Assembly: GCA_017541885.1 (NCBI GenBank)
Contig: JAFXYF010000014.1
Span: forward strand, 1,930 to 65,929
Length of the DNA: 64,000 bases
Direction: 5' to 3'
DNA from: Bacilli bacterium
Lineage (GTDB): Bacteria; Bacillota_I; Bacilli_A; RF39; UBA660
Shown: positions 24,299 through 33,327 of the stretch, piece after piece
Layout of the letters: each line of letters opens with the position of its first letter
How positions within the stretch are numbered: the stretch's first letter is position 1
Notes under the pieces: generated by a model
Database searches by the model: none
Told to the model about the DNA's origin: nothing
Seen by the model: only the letters and a program-made list of their open reading frames with translations
Translations under genes and position numbers: made by a program

Positions 24299-25309
24299 AT
24301 GAGAAAAAAGAAAAAATCACTAGTATTTTTAATAGCAATACTATTACTAAGTTTTGGTATAGGTTATGCCTATCTTACAACAACTCTTTCTATTAATGGA
24401 ACAACAGATATTGATAGTAATAATTGGGATGTATACTTTGATAATGTTAATGTAACTGAAGGATCTGTCTCAGGAGAACAAGTTATAGAAGCCCCAACAA
24501 TTACAAGTGATACAGAAGTAGAGTTCCATATAAGACTTAAAGAACCAGGAGACTTTTATGCATTTACAATAGATGCAAAAAATGATGGTACTATAGATGC
24601 AATGATAAATACATTTAGTAAAAAAATAAATGGTTTAGCAACTATTCCAGATTATTTAAACTATATAATTGTATATTCAGACGGAACGCCAATTGAAAAT
24701 AATCATTTACTTGCAAAAGAATCCTTAGAAACATATTATGTATTTATAGAATATAGACGAGATATAGATCCAGATGACTTACCATCAACGGCTCAGTCAC
24801 TTACATTATCGTTTGATGTAGAATATGTCCAAGCTGATAGTAATGCAAAAGAGATTATGCAAACTCTATATAGTCACAGTACATTTTCCATCGGAACAAC
24901 AATTATGTATACAGATAATGTATATGATAATAATTCGATGTTTAGTGGTAATTATGTACATTTTAAGTATGAAGGCAGAGGATATAAGGTTAACAGTGCA
25001 TATATTGGCTTTGAAGTTAATGGAACTAAACATTATGTTAGAGGAGCTGGTGCAACATTTAACGATACAACAGGTGAATTAGAAGAAAAAAGTCCATACT
25101 ATGAGAACAATAAAAAAGAACTGCAAAGTCTTTTTGGAGAGTCTAATTGTATGGAACAAACTGTTCAATCGGTTAAAGAGTATCAATGTAATTCTGGTGG
25201 ACTATTTGGTTCGGCAAATGAAAAAGGGTTGGTAAAAATTACAGACACTTATGAAGCAAATTATTATATTTATGAAAATGGAGAAGTAAGATATTTTCCA
25301 CAATTATAA
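24299..25309 (+). CDS. Secreted or N-terminally anchored protein, unknown function
   Basis: Signal-anchor MRKKKKSLVFLIAILLLSFGIGYAYLTTTLSINGT. The GY-x-x-L...I-x-G motif after the helix is shared with the two BspA-like proteins. Confidence 0.6.
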   Translation: MRKKKKSLVFLIAILLLSFGIGYAYLTTTLSINGTTDIDSNNWDVYFDNVNVTEGSVSGEQVIEAPTITSDTEVEFHIRLKEPGDFYAFTIDAKNDGTIDAMINTFSKKINGLATIPDYLNYIIVYSDGTPIENNHLLAKESLETYYVFIEYRRDIDPDDLPSTAQSLTLSFDVEYVQADSNAKEIMQTLYSHSTFSIGTTIMYTDNVYDNNSMFSGNYVHFKYEGRGYKVNSAYIGFEVNGTKHYVRGAGATFNDTTGELEEKSPYYENNKKELQSLFGESNCMEQTVQSVKEYQCNSGGLFGSANEKGLVKITDTYEANYYIYENGEVRYFPQL

Positions 25310-25338
25310 AAAAAGAAGAGGCAATCTCTTCTTTTTTT
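25308..25338. terminator. Bidirectional intrinsic terminator
   Basis: Stem AAGAAGAG/CTCTTCTT flanked by an A-run and a T-run, between convergent genes. Confidence 0.7.
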
Positions 25339-25549
25339 AATAGTAATAATAGTTATTGTTATTACAGTTTGGACATTGTGGATATGGATAAACTGGATAT
25401 ACTGGTACTGGATAATATTGTTGTTGATTATTATTTTGACTTATTCCATAACCTAAAGCAGTACCTGCAACTCCTCCTAAAAGAAAAGGAGCAAGTAAGA
25501 ATCTTTCATCTTCAGGATTTCCATAATTTACAGGATATTGATTATACAT
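25337..25549 (-). CDS. Small Tyr/Pro/Asn/Gln-rich protein with a central hydrophobic segment
   Basis: Strong GAGGAGG RBS 5 nt upstream of the ATG on the minus strand. The 70-aa product ends ...YPVPVYPVYPYPQCPNCNNNNYYYY. Confidence 0.6.
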   Translation of the reverse strand: MYNQYPVNYGNPEDERFLLAPFLLGGVAGTALGYGISQNNNQQQYYPVPVYPVYPYPQCPNCNNNNYYYY

Positions 25550-25652
25550 AAATACCTCCTCATAGTATTTTATACAAGATTGAGAATTTTGTTATTATAC
25601 TAGTAAAAGATAAAAAAGTACGATATAATTTAAAGAGAAAAAGAGGGATAAT

Positions 25653-26366
25653 ATGGAAAGACTACAAAAAGTAATTGCTGCATCTGGTTATACTTCTAGA
25701 AGAAAAGCAGAAGAATTAATTAAACAAGGAAAAGTAAAAGTAAATGGTAAAGTTGTAACTGAATTAGGTACAAAAGTTTTTGATAGAGATGAAATAGTAA
25801 TCGATAATAAGATTATTACAAAAGAGACTAAAGAATACTATTTGATTAATAAACCCAGAGGTGTTATTACATCTACTGATGATGATAAGAATAGAAAGAT
25901 TGTTACTGATTTAATTCCTACTGAAGCAAGAATATATCCTGTTGGAAGATTAGATTATGATACAACTGGAGCTTTAATTCTTACAAATGATGGAGATTTT
26001 GCAAATATTCTTACTCATCCAAAGAATAAAGTAGATAAAGTATATCTTGCAAAACTAGAAGGTATCATTAAAGGTGAACAAATAAACAAATTAAAAGAAG
26101 GAATTATTCTTGATCATACAAAAGTAATACCTTCTCGTGTTAAATTAAAAAAAGTAAATAATGAAACTAATACATGTATTGTCGAAATTACAATTCATGA
26201 AGGTAAAAATCATCAAGTTAAAAGAATGTTTGAAGCAGTTGGATTCCGTGTTGAAAAATTAAAAAGAGAAAGAATTGGAATATTTACAACTGAAGGATTA
26301 CAATCAGGAGAATTTAGAAAACTTACACCAAAAGAAGTAGCAATTGTTTATAGTTTAAAGAAATAA
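25653..26366 (+). CDS. rluB: Pseudouridine synthase, RsuA/RluB family
   Basis: N-terminal S4 domain (RLQKVIAASGYTSRRKAEELI) and catalytic motif GRLDYDTTG. Confidence 0.85.
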   Translation: MERLQKVIAASGYTSRRKAEELIKQGKVKVNGKVVTELGTKVFDRDEIVIDNKIITKETKEYYLINKPRGVITSTDDDKNRKIVTDLIPTEARIYPVGRLDYDTTGALILTNDGDFANILTHPKNKVDKVYLAKLEGIIKGEQINKLKEGIILDHTKVIPSRVKLKKVNNETNTCIVEITIHEGKNHQVKRMFEAVGFRVEKLKRERIGIFTTEGLQSGEFRKLTPKEVAIVYSLKK

Positions 26367-26391
26367 AAAAAGGAACTAAGTTCCTTTTTTA
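26365..26391. terminator. Bidirectional intrinsic terminator
   Basis: Stem AGGAAC/GTTCCT flanked by an A-run and a T-run, between convergent genes. Confidence 0.7.
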
Positions 26392-26580
26392 TTATTCAGT
26401 AACAATTGCTCCTGTAGGACAAGTCTCTTGTGCATCTTTTGCAGCTTGTTCCTTATCAGCAGGTACTTCAGCTACTTTAGCAGTAGATAATCCTTCATCA
26501 TTGATTTCGAATAAATCTTCAGCAACAGCAGTACAAGCTCCACATCCGATACAAGCTTCTTGATTAACTTTAACTTTCAT
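26392..26580 (-). CDS. Ferredoxin (small 4Fe-4S type)
   Basis: CIGCGAC...C motif. GGAAGG RBS before the ATG at 26580; the ORF-track start at 26622 is an upstream extension. Confidence 0.8.
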   Translation of the reverse strand: MKVKVNQEACIGCGACTAVAEDLFEINDEGLSTAKVAEVPADKEQAAKDAQETCPTGAIVTE

Positions 26581-26724
26581 TTTTGATACCTTCCTTTCAA
26601 TGATTATTATAACGAAAAACAAATCTCTCGTAAAGCATTTTTTCTACTAAAACGTAAAGTAAAATCAAATAATCTTTTGTTTTAAAATGATATGTGATAA
26701 ACTTATAATAAGAAGGTGAATCTT

Positions 26725-27687
26725 ATGAGACGAATGGATCGTTATAAAGATGAAGAACCGAATAGAGTAAATCGTTTGGAAAAAAATCAGGAACTATATC
26801 AAGATTTGTTTAGTAATACAAGATATACTAATATTGCAGATGTAACAAATGCCAATGCTTATGAATTAGGTGGAGAAAAGAAAGATGCTACATCATCAAG
26901 AGAATCATATCAACAAATGTTAAAATATAGAGGCGTAGAAGAAGTTCCAAAAGTAAAGAAAGAATTAGATGATTTTAATTACTTATATCCAAAAAAAGAA
27001 AAAAGAATTTATGATATTAACAGTGTATTAGAAGATGCTAGAAAAAATAGAGAAGAAAAAGATGAACTAGAAGAAAAAAGAAAACTTAAATACACAAGTT
27101 ATAATATTTTAGCTGGAATTAACTTAGAAGAATTAGCTAAATATAGAGAAGAAAAGAGTAAGAGAGAAAAGACTCCTGAAGAAGAAGAAATTCATGATTT
27201 AATGGATACAATTGCATCTAAGACTTTAGCAGGAGAATTATCTAAAGAAGAAACTGTAGATTTATTAAGTGACTTAATGGCAACTAATATGCTTGATAAA
27301 GTAGTACCTGCAGATGAAATGGGAGATCAAGAACCTGAAAAAGAAGAGGATACTGAACCATTAATTATATCTACTCAAGAAATAACTATTGATCATACAG
27401 CTCCACTTGATGAGCAATTAGATGAAACATTAAAAGAAAACACTATGTCTACAGCAGAGATGGAAGAGTTACTAGCAAGAGAAGATGAACCAACAAATAC
27501 TGAAGAAAATAAATTAGTAGATAAAGACTTCTATACTAAGAGTATGGATTTATCTACAAAAGATTTTGAAATGGCAGATGACTTCAAAGATAAAGGCTTA
27601 CCAGTAATTGTTAAACTACTAATTGCCTTCTTAATATTATCAATAATCGCAGTAGCAGTTTATTTTATTTATTTAAGACTAAAATAA
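26725..27687 (+). CDS. Tail-anchored acidic protein (C-terminal TM), unknown function
   Basis: AAGGTGA RBS 7 nt before the ATG at 26725. E/D/K-rich body. C-terminal TM VIVKLLIAFLILSIIAVAVYFIYL. Confidence 0.5.
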   Translation: MRRMDRYKDEEPNRVNRLEKNQELYQDLFSNTRYTNIADVTNANAYELGGEKKDATSSRESYQQMLKYRGVEEVPKVKKELDDFNYLYPKKEKRIYDINSVLEDARKNREEKDELEEKRKLKYTSYNILAGINLEELAKYREEKSKREKTPEEEEIHDLMDTIASKTLAGELSKEETVDLLSDLMATNMLDKVVPADEMGDQEPEKEEDTEPLIISTQEITIDHTAPLDEQLDETLKENTMSTAEMEELLAREDEPTNTEENKLVDKDFYTKSMDLSTKDFEMADDFKDKGLPVIVKLLIAFLILSIIAVAVYFIYLRLK

Positions 27688-27718
27688 AGAAAAGTTATTC
27701 AACTTTTTCTTTTTTTTT
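27688..27718 (+). terminator. Intrinsic terminator
   Basis: Stem GAAAAGTT/AACTTTTTC (one bulge) followed by a long T-run. Confidence 0.6.
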
Positions 27719-27751
27719 GGTATGATATTATTGAGAGTGGTGAAGCAAAAA

Positions 27752-28570
27752 ATGAACACAAAGTTTATAGTAAATGATTATGCATTAATATGGAATTTAT
27801 TGTTTCAATCTGCCATAGATGATAGTTTTTCAAAAGAAAAAGCTAAATTATGGAATACATATAAAGAAGAATATAATCAAACATATAAAGATAAAATGGC
27901 TATTATGAAAGATTATAAAAACTTTATTCCAAATGATGATACAATTTATAATGTCGTTATAGAAAATAAATCATATGATAAATTAAAAAAACAAGCAGAA
28001 AAATATCGTTTAGAAGTAATGAAATTATGGGATAAAAATAAGAAAGAAGCAGATAATCTTATTACAAAGATTACTAGACTTAATATCCCTGAATACACTT
28101 TTTTTGTAGTGAATAAAGAACTAGGAATAATTGATCATCCTACTAGAGGTAGTATGGTTTTAGGAAAAACAATTGATGGTAGAAATCCATTCATGATGTT
28201 ATATGAAATAATGATGAATATCGTTATGAATAATATTAAAGTATATAATGAATCAGAAAAAGATTTCAAAAAAGCAATTGTTGAGTTAGCTGTTTTAAAT
28301 GAATACGCAACTGGCTTAAATAAAAGAAGTTGTTACTTAAGTGGAGATCCAAAACTATTATCATTAAAGAGATGGATTTATCCATATTGGTTAATGTATT
28401 TAGGAGTAGCTAAAGAAGATTTCCATACTTATATGGCAAGAGATAAAGTATCATTTGATACAGAGCGTTATGCTTATGAAAAAGAATTAAAGAAAATGAA
28501 CCTAGAAGAATTTATTGATTTCTGTATACGTAATAAAAGGTATATTATTAGAGATCCAAAACAACAATAA
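27752..28570 (+). CDS. Hypothetical cytoplasmic protein upstream of polC
   Basis: Long ORF with codon usage like its neighbours. I recognise no motif. The start could be 27722 or 27752. Confidence 0.45.
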   Translation: MNTKFIVNDYALIWNLLFQSAIDDSFSKEKAKLWNTYKEEYNQTYKDKMAIMKDYKNFIPNDDTIYNVVIENKSYDKLKKQAEKYRLEVMKLWDKNKKEADNLITKITRLNIPEYTFFVVNKELGIIDHPTRGSMVLGKTIDGRNPFMMLYEIMMNIVMNNIKVYNESEKDFKKAIVELAVLNEYATGLNKRSCYLSGDPKLLSLKRWIYPYWLMYLGVAKEDFHTYMARDKVSFDTERYAYEKELKKMNLEEFIDFCIRNKRYIIRDPKQQ

Positions 28571-28589
28571 CTAGAAAGCAGGGGGATTT

Positions 28590-31500
28590 ATGGACGATAA
28601 AATCAAAATATTATTAGACAAAATAAATATTGGAGAAGAAACTTTCCAATATTTTAATGATGCCAAAATATTAAAGATTAAAGTTAGTCCTAAAACAAAG
28701 AGTTATAACATTATTGTTGAAAAAGAAGATCTATTACCTGTAGAAGTATTAAAAGAATTAGAAGAAAAGAAACATTTATTAGATGAAAATGCTAAAACAA
28801 TTGAATTTGTTTTTGAAATAAAAAATAAAGATATAAATGTATATAAAACATATTATGAGTATTTATTACCTAACTTAAAGAAAGAATTAAAAGTATTAGA
28901 AATATATCAAGACTCTTTACAAATAGAAGATGATAAATTAGCAATTATTGTTACTAATGATATGGAGTTCCAAGCAATGGAAAAAGCTCTTCCAAAGATT
29001 AATAAGTTTTATAAACAAATGGGTTATAATGAAGAACTAGATATCATTAAAAGAGAAGAACATGTTCTAGCTAAGATTCAAGAAGAATTAGAAAATGAAA
29101 TAAATCATTTAGAAACAAAAAAAGAAGATAAGAAAGAAACTCCTAAAGTAGAACAACCTGAAAAGAAACAATATAGAAGAGAAGCTGTAGAAGAGAATAA
29201 TGTTATAGGAAGAGGTATCAAAGAAGATCCAATAAAGATTAAAACAATTATTGGAGAAGATAACAATGTAGTAATAGAAGCAAAAGTTTTTGGAACAGAA
29301 TTCTTTGAATCCCCTAAAACAGATTTTAAGATTATTACATTAAAACTAACTGATTATTCTGATAGTATTTATTCAAAGATATTTGTAAGAGATAATGATG
29401 AATATAAACGTCTTTCTAAAGAATTTAAAGAAGGTAATTGGTATAAGATTAGAGGAGCTTCTGTTAATGATAAGTACTCTAAAGAATTAGTTATTAATGC
29501 TAGAGATATTTTAAAAATAGATTCAAAAGACTCTAGTCGTAAAGATACATCTGATGAAAAGAGAGTAGAACTACATGCTCATAGTAAAATGAGTCAAATG
29601 GATGGAGTAGCAGAAGAAACTGATCTTGTAAAAACTGCTATGAAGTTTGGTATGAAAGCAGTAGCAATTACTGATCACAATGGTGTACAAGGATTCCCTC
29701 ATGTATTCAGTATGGTAACTGATCATAATAAGAATTTGAAAGAGGGAGAAGAACCATTTAAAGCTATCTATGGAGCAGAATTAACAATGATTGATGACTC
29801 TGTAGATATAGTAACCAGACCTAATGATGAAATAATGTTAGATCAAACTTATGTAGTATTCGACTTTGAAACTACAGGTTTTAATGCCGGTGGAGCAGAC
29901 TCTATTATTGAAATAGGTGCAGTTAAGATTAAGAATGGTGAAATACTAGAAAAGTATGATGAATTAATTAATCCTGGAAGACCTCTACCAGAAAAAATTA
30001 CAGAAGTAACTAACATTACAGATGAAATGTTAAAAGATAAAGATAACGAAGAAAATGCTGTTAAAAGATTTATTGAGTGGTTTGGAGATTGCCCAATGGT
30101 AGCTCATAATGCTAAGTTTGATGTTTCATTCTTAGAGATGGCATATAAAAAGTATGATTTAGGAACATTTACAAATCCTGTAATCGATACTCTAGAGTTA
30201 TCAAGAACACTAGATAATAACTATGCAAGACATAGTTTGTCTGCATTAGTTAAAAGATATGAAGTTCCATGGGATGAATCAGCACACCATAGAGGAGATT
30301 ATGATGCTGAAGGAACTGCTTTAGTATTCCATAAAATGCTAAAGAAATTATCCAATCGTAATATAGATAAAATGTCTGATTTAGATAAATTAGTAGATAA
30401 ATCAGAAATTCATAAATATGGTCGTGCTCATCATGTTAATTTACTTGTAAAAAATAAAGTAGGATTAAAGAACTTATTTAAACTTGTTTCCTTAGCAAAC
30501 ACAACTTATTTATATAAAGCTCCTAGAATTCTAAGAAGTGTTATTGAGGAACTTCGAGAAGGATTATTAGTAGGTAGTGGTTGTTATGAGTCTGAAGTAT
30601 GGAATCAAGCTAAATCAAAAAGTGATGATGAGTTATCTAATATTATTAGATTCTATGATTATGTAGAAGTACAACCAGTAGAGTGTTATAATCACTTAAT
30701 TCAAACAAGTGACTTTACATCACCTGCAGAAGTAATGGCTAATATTGAAAAAGTAATTAGAGTAACAAAAGAAGCAGGTAAAATTATAGTTGCAACAGGA
30801 GATGTTCATCATATTAATCCTGAAGATAAGATTTATAGAGAAATAATTGTAAATCAAAAAGTTCCAGGAGGAGGACGTCATCCACTTGCAAGAGGAGAAA
30901 TAAAAGAAATACCATCAAATCACTTTAGAACAACAAATGAAATGCTAGAAGACTTTAATTTCTTAGGTGATGAATTAGCACATGAAATAGTAATTGAAAA
31001 TACAAATAAAATTGCTGATATGTGTGAAATTGTTGAAGTTATTCCAGATACTGGAGGTATACCTTTCTCTCCAAGAGTAAAAGCAGATGATGGAGAAAGT
31101 TACCTAGATTGTCCTGTTGTAGTAACAGAACTTGTCTATACCAAAGCAAAAGACTGGTATGGAGAACCTCTTCCATATATGATTGAAGAGCGTATCGCAA
31201 CAGAACTTTATGGAGATATAGTATTTAAAATTATTACAGAAAAATATGAAGGCGAAAATCTAGACAAAGAAGAGTATGAAAAGAAAGTACATCAAGAATT
31301 ACATGATGAAATAATAAAAGGCTCTGAAAATATCAAAAATATGGTAACAGAGTATGTTAAGAAAACATCAGAAGAAGAGCTAGATGAAAAAGCCTTAGCA
31401 AAAAAAGTTAAAAAGACTTTAGGAGGAGTAATAGGTGGAGGATTTGATCCTATTTACTTAATTGCTCAAAGACTTGTTAAACACTCAAATGATGAAGGGT

Positions 31501-33212
31501 ACTTAGTTGGTTCAAGAGGATCTGTTGGTTCAAGCTTTGTCGCTACAATGATGGGTATTACAGAAGTTAATCCACTTCCAGCACATTATAGATGTGATAA
31601 ATGTAAATTAAGTATCTTTGATGGTGAAGATGGTCTTCCTTTAGGTAAAACATATAATTCTGGATTTGACTTACCAGATAAAGAATGTCCAAATTGTCAT
31701 ATTCCAATGATAAAAGATGGACAAGATATGCCTTTCGCAACATTCTTAGGATTTAATGCTGATAAAGTACCAGATATTGATTTAAACTTCTCAGATTTAA
31801 ATCAAGCATCAGCTCATGCTTATACCAAAGTATTATTTGGAGAAGATAATGTTTATCGTGCAGGAACAATTGGTACAGTTGCTGATAAAACTGCCTTTGG
31901 ATTTGTAAAAGGATATTTTGAAGATAAAGAAATCACAGATGTAAGAACTGCTGAAATAGAGCGTCTAGCAATAGGTTGTACAGGAGTTAAAAGAACTACT
32001 GGACAACATCCAGGAGGAATTGTTGTTATACCAGATTACAAAGATGTTTCAGATTTTACACCTTTCCAATTCCCTGCAGAAGATGCAACAGCAGAGTGGA
32101 GAACAACACACTTTGATTACCACTCAATTGATCAGTGTTTATTAAAACTTGATATCTTAGGTCACTCAGACCCAACACAATTAAGATTAATTCAAAATCA
32201 ATCAGGTACTGATATTCTAAAAGTACCATTAGATGATAAAGATACGATGAGTATTTTCACATCTACCAAAGCTTTAGGTGTTACTAATGAACAAATAATG
32301 TGTCCAACAGGTACATTAGGTATTCCAGAGTTTGGTACACCATTTACTATCTCTTTAGTAGAAGACACAAAGCCAACTACCTTTGCCGAACTAATTAAAA
32401 TTTCAGGTCTTTCTCATGGTACAGATGTATGGTTAGGAAATGCTCAAGAACTAATTAAGAATAATATTGTTCCATTTAAAGAGACTATAGGCTGTCGTGA
32501 TGATATTATGGTTTACTTAATGTATCATGGAGTAAAACCAATTAAAGCATTCAAGATAATGGAGTTTGTTCGTAAAGGAAAAGCTTCAAAAGACCCAGAA
32601 ACTTGGGCAGAACATGTAAAAACAATGCAAGAAGCAAATATTCCAGATTGGTTTATAGGATCATGTCAAAAGATTAAGTACATGTTCCCTAAAGCTCATG
32701 CTGCGGCATACGTAATTTCAGCATTCAGAATAGCTTGGTATAAAGTACATATGCCAGTATACTTCTATGCTTCATGGTTATCATCAAAAGCAACAGATAT
32801 AGATGTAGAAAGCATGATTAAAGGATATAATGCCATTAAAGCAAAAATAGAAGATATTGAAGCTAAAGGCTATGAAGCATCTAATAAAGAAAATGGTCAA
32901 GCTGAATCTTTAAAAGTAGCATTAGAAGCAACTGCTAGAGGAATTAAATTCTTACCAGTTGATTTATATGAAAGTGATGCAACTGTTTGGGTAGTTAAAA
33001 ATGATACAGATATTTATCCACCATTTAATGCAATTGAAGGATTAGGAGATACAGTTGCTAAAAACATAGTTGCAGAAAGAGAAAAAGGTAAATTCTTAAG
33101 TATTGAAGATGTTCAAAAAAGAGGAAAAGTATCAGGAACTCTTATTGATAAGATGAAAGAAATGGATATCTTTAAAGATTTACCAGACTCTAATCAATTA
33201 ACATTGTTCTAA
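28590..33212 (+). CDS. polC: DNA polymerase III alpha subunit, PolC type
   Basis: 1540 aa. PHP domain (ELHAHSKMSQMDG), inserted DEDDh exonuclease (VVFDFETTG...HNAKFDVSFL), Cys zinc module (CDKC...CPNC), polymerase core (GQHPGGIVV). Confidence 0.97.
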   Translation: MDDKIKILLDKINIGEETFQYFNDAKILKIKVSPKTKSYNIIVEKEDLLPVEVLKELEEKKHLLDENAKTIEFVFEIKNKDINVYKTYYEYLLPNLKKELKVLEIYQDSLQIEDDKLAIIVTNDMEFQAMEKALPKINKFYKQMGYNEELDIIKREEHVLAKIQEELENEINHLETKKEDKKETPKVEQPEKKQYRREAVEENNVIGRGIKEDPIKIKTIIGEDNNVVIEAKVFGTEFFESPKTDFKIITLKLTDYSDSIYSKIFVRDNDEYKRLSKEFKEGNWYKIRGASVNDKYSKELVINARDILKIDSKDSSRKDTSDEKRVELHAHSKMSQMDGVAEETDLVKTAMKFGMKAVAITDHNGVQGFPHVFSMVTDHNKNLKEGEEPFKAIYGAELTMIDDSVDIVTRPNDEIMLDQTYVVFDFETTGFNAGGADSIIEIGAVKIKNGEILEKYDELINPGRPLPEKITEVTNITDEMLKDKDNEENAVKRFIEWFGDCPMVAHNAKFDVSFLEMAYKKYDLGTFTNPVIDTLELSRTLDNNYARHSLSALVKRYEVPWDESAHHRGDYDAEGTALVFHKMLKKLSNRNIDKMSDLDKLVDKSEIHKYGRAHHVNLLVKNKVGLKNLFKLVSLANTTYLYKAPRILRSVIEELREGLLVGSGCYESEVWNQAKSKSDDELSNIIRFYDYVEVQPVECYNHLIQTSDFTSPAEVMANIEKVIRVTKEAGKIIVATGDVHHINPEDKIYREIIVNQKVPGGGRHPLARGEIKEIPSNHFRTTNEMLEDFNFLGDELAHEIVIENTNKIADMCEIVEVIPDTGGIPFSPRVKADDGESYLDCPVVVTELVYTKAKDWYGEPLPYMIEERIATELYGDIVFKIITEKYEGENLDKEEYEKKVHQELHDEIIKGSENIKNMVTEYVKKTSEEELDEKALAKKVKKTLGGVIGGGFDPIYLIAQRLVKHSNDEGYLVGSRGSVGSSFVATMMGITEVNPLPAHYRCDKCKLSIFDGEDGLPLGKTYNSGFDLPDKECPNCHIPMIKDGQDMPFATFLGFNADKVPDIDLNFSDLNQASAHAYTKVLFGEDNVYRAGTIGTVADKTAFGFVKGYFEDKEITDVRTAEIERLAIGCTGVKRTTGQHPGGIVVIPDYKDVSDFTPFQFPAEDATAEWRTTHFDYHSIDQCLLKLDILGHSDPTQLRLIQNQSGTDILKVPLDDKDTMSIFTSTKALGVTNEQIMCPTGTLGIPEFGTPFTISLVEDTKPTTFAELIKISGLSHGTDVWLGNAQELIKNNIVPFKETIGCRDDIMVYLMYHGVKPIKAFKIMEFVRKGKASKDPETWAEHVKTMQEANIPDWFIGSCQKIKYMFPKAHAAAYVISAFRIAWYKVHMPVYFYASWLSSKATDIDVESMIKGYNAIKAKIEDIEAKGYEASNKENGQAESLKVALEATARGIKFLPVDLYESDATVWVVKNDTDIYPPFNAIEGLGDTVAKNIVAEREKGKFLSIEDVQKRGKVSGTLIDKMKEMDIFKDLPDSNQLTLF

Positions 33213-33238
33213 AAAAGAAGAGAAATCTTCTTTTTTTC
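33213..33238 (+). terminator. Intrinsic terminator of polC
   Basis: Hairpin GAAGA...TCTTC with flanking A/T extension and a T-run. Confidence 0.7.
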
Positions 33239-33240
33239 TT

Positions 33241-33302
33241 TACATTAAAAGACATTTGTGTTTACATTCTACTTTGACGTAAACAAAATGTTAATGTATA
33301 CT
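33241..33302 (+). promoter_or_regulatory. Promoter embedded in a long imperfect inverted repeat (candidate operator)
   Basis: TTGACG (33274-33279), 17-nt spacer, TATACT (33297-33302). Inverted repeats ACATTTGTGTTTAC / GTAAACAAAATGT and TACATTAA / TTAATGTA flank and overlap the -35 element. Confidence 0.45.
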
Positions 33303-33327
33303 ATTGTTAAGAATAGGAAGTGTTATT

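Noticed and set aside
24825-25082. Same-strand overlapping ORFs (24825-25082 inside the 336-aa secreted protein; 34319-34540 inside the sorting-signal protein)
   Set aside because: These are out-of-frame internal ORFs without an RBS. The host ORFs are long and have proper signals.
25369-25551. Plus-strand 60-aa ORF opposite the Tyr-rich small protein
   Set aside because: The minus-strand frame has a strong GAGGAGG RBS at correct spacing and shares the bidirectional terminator. The plus-strand frame has neither.
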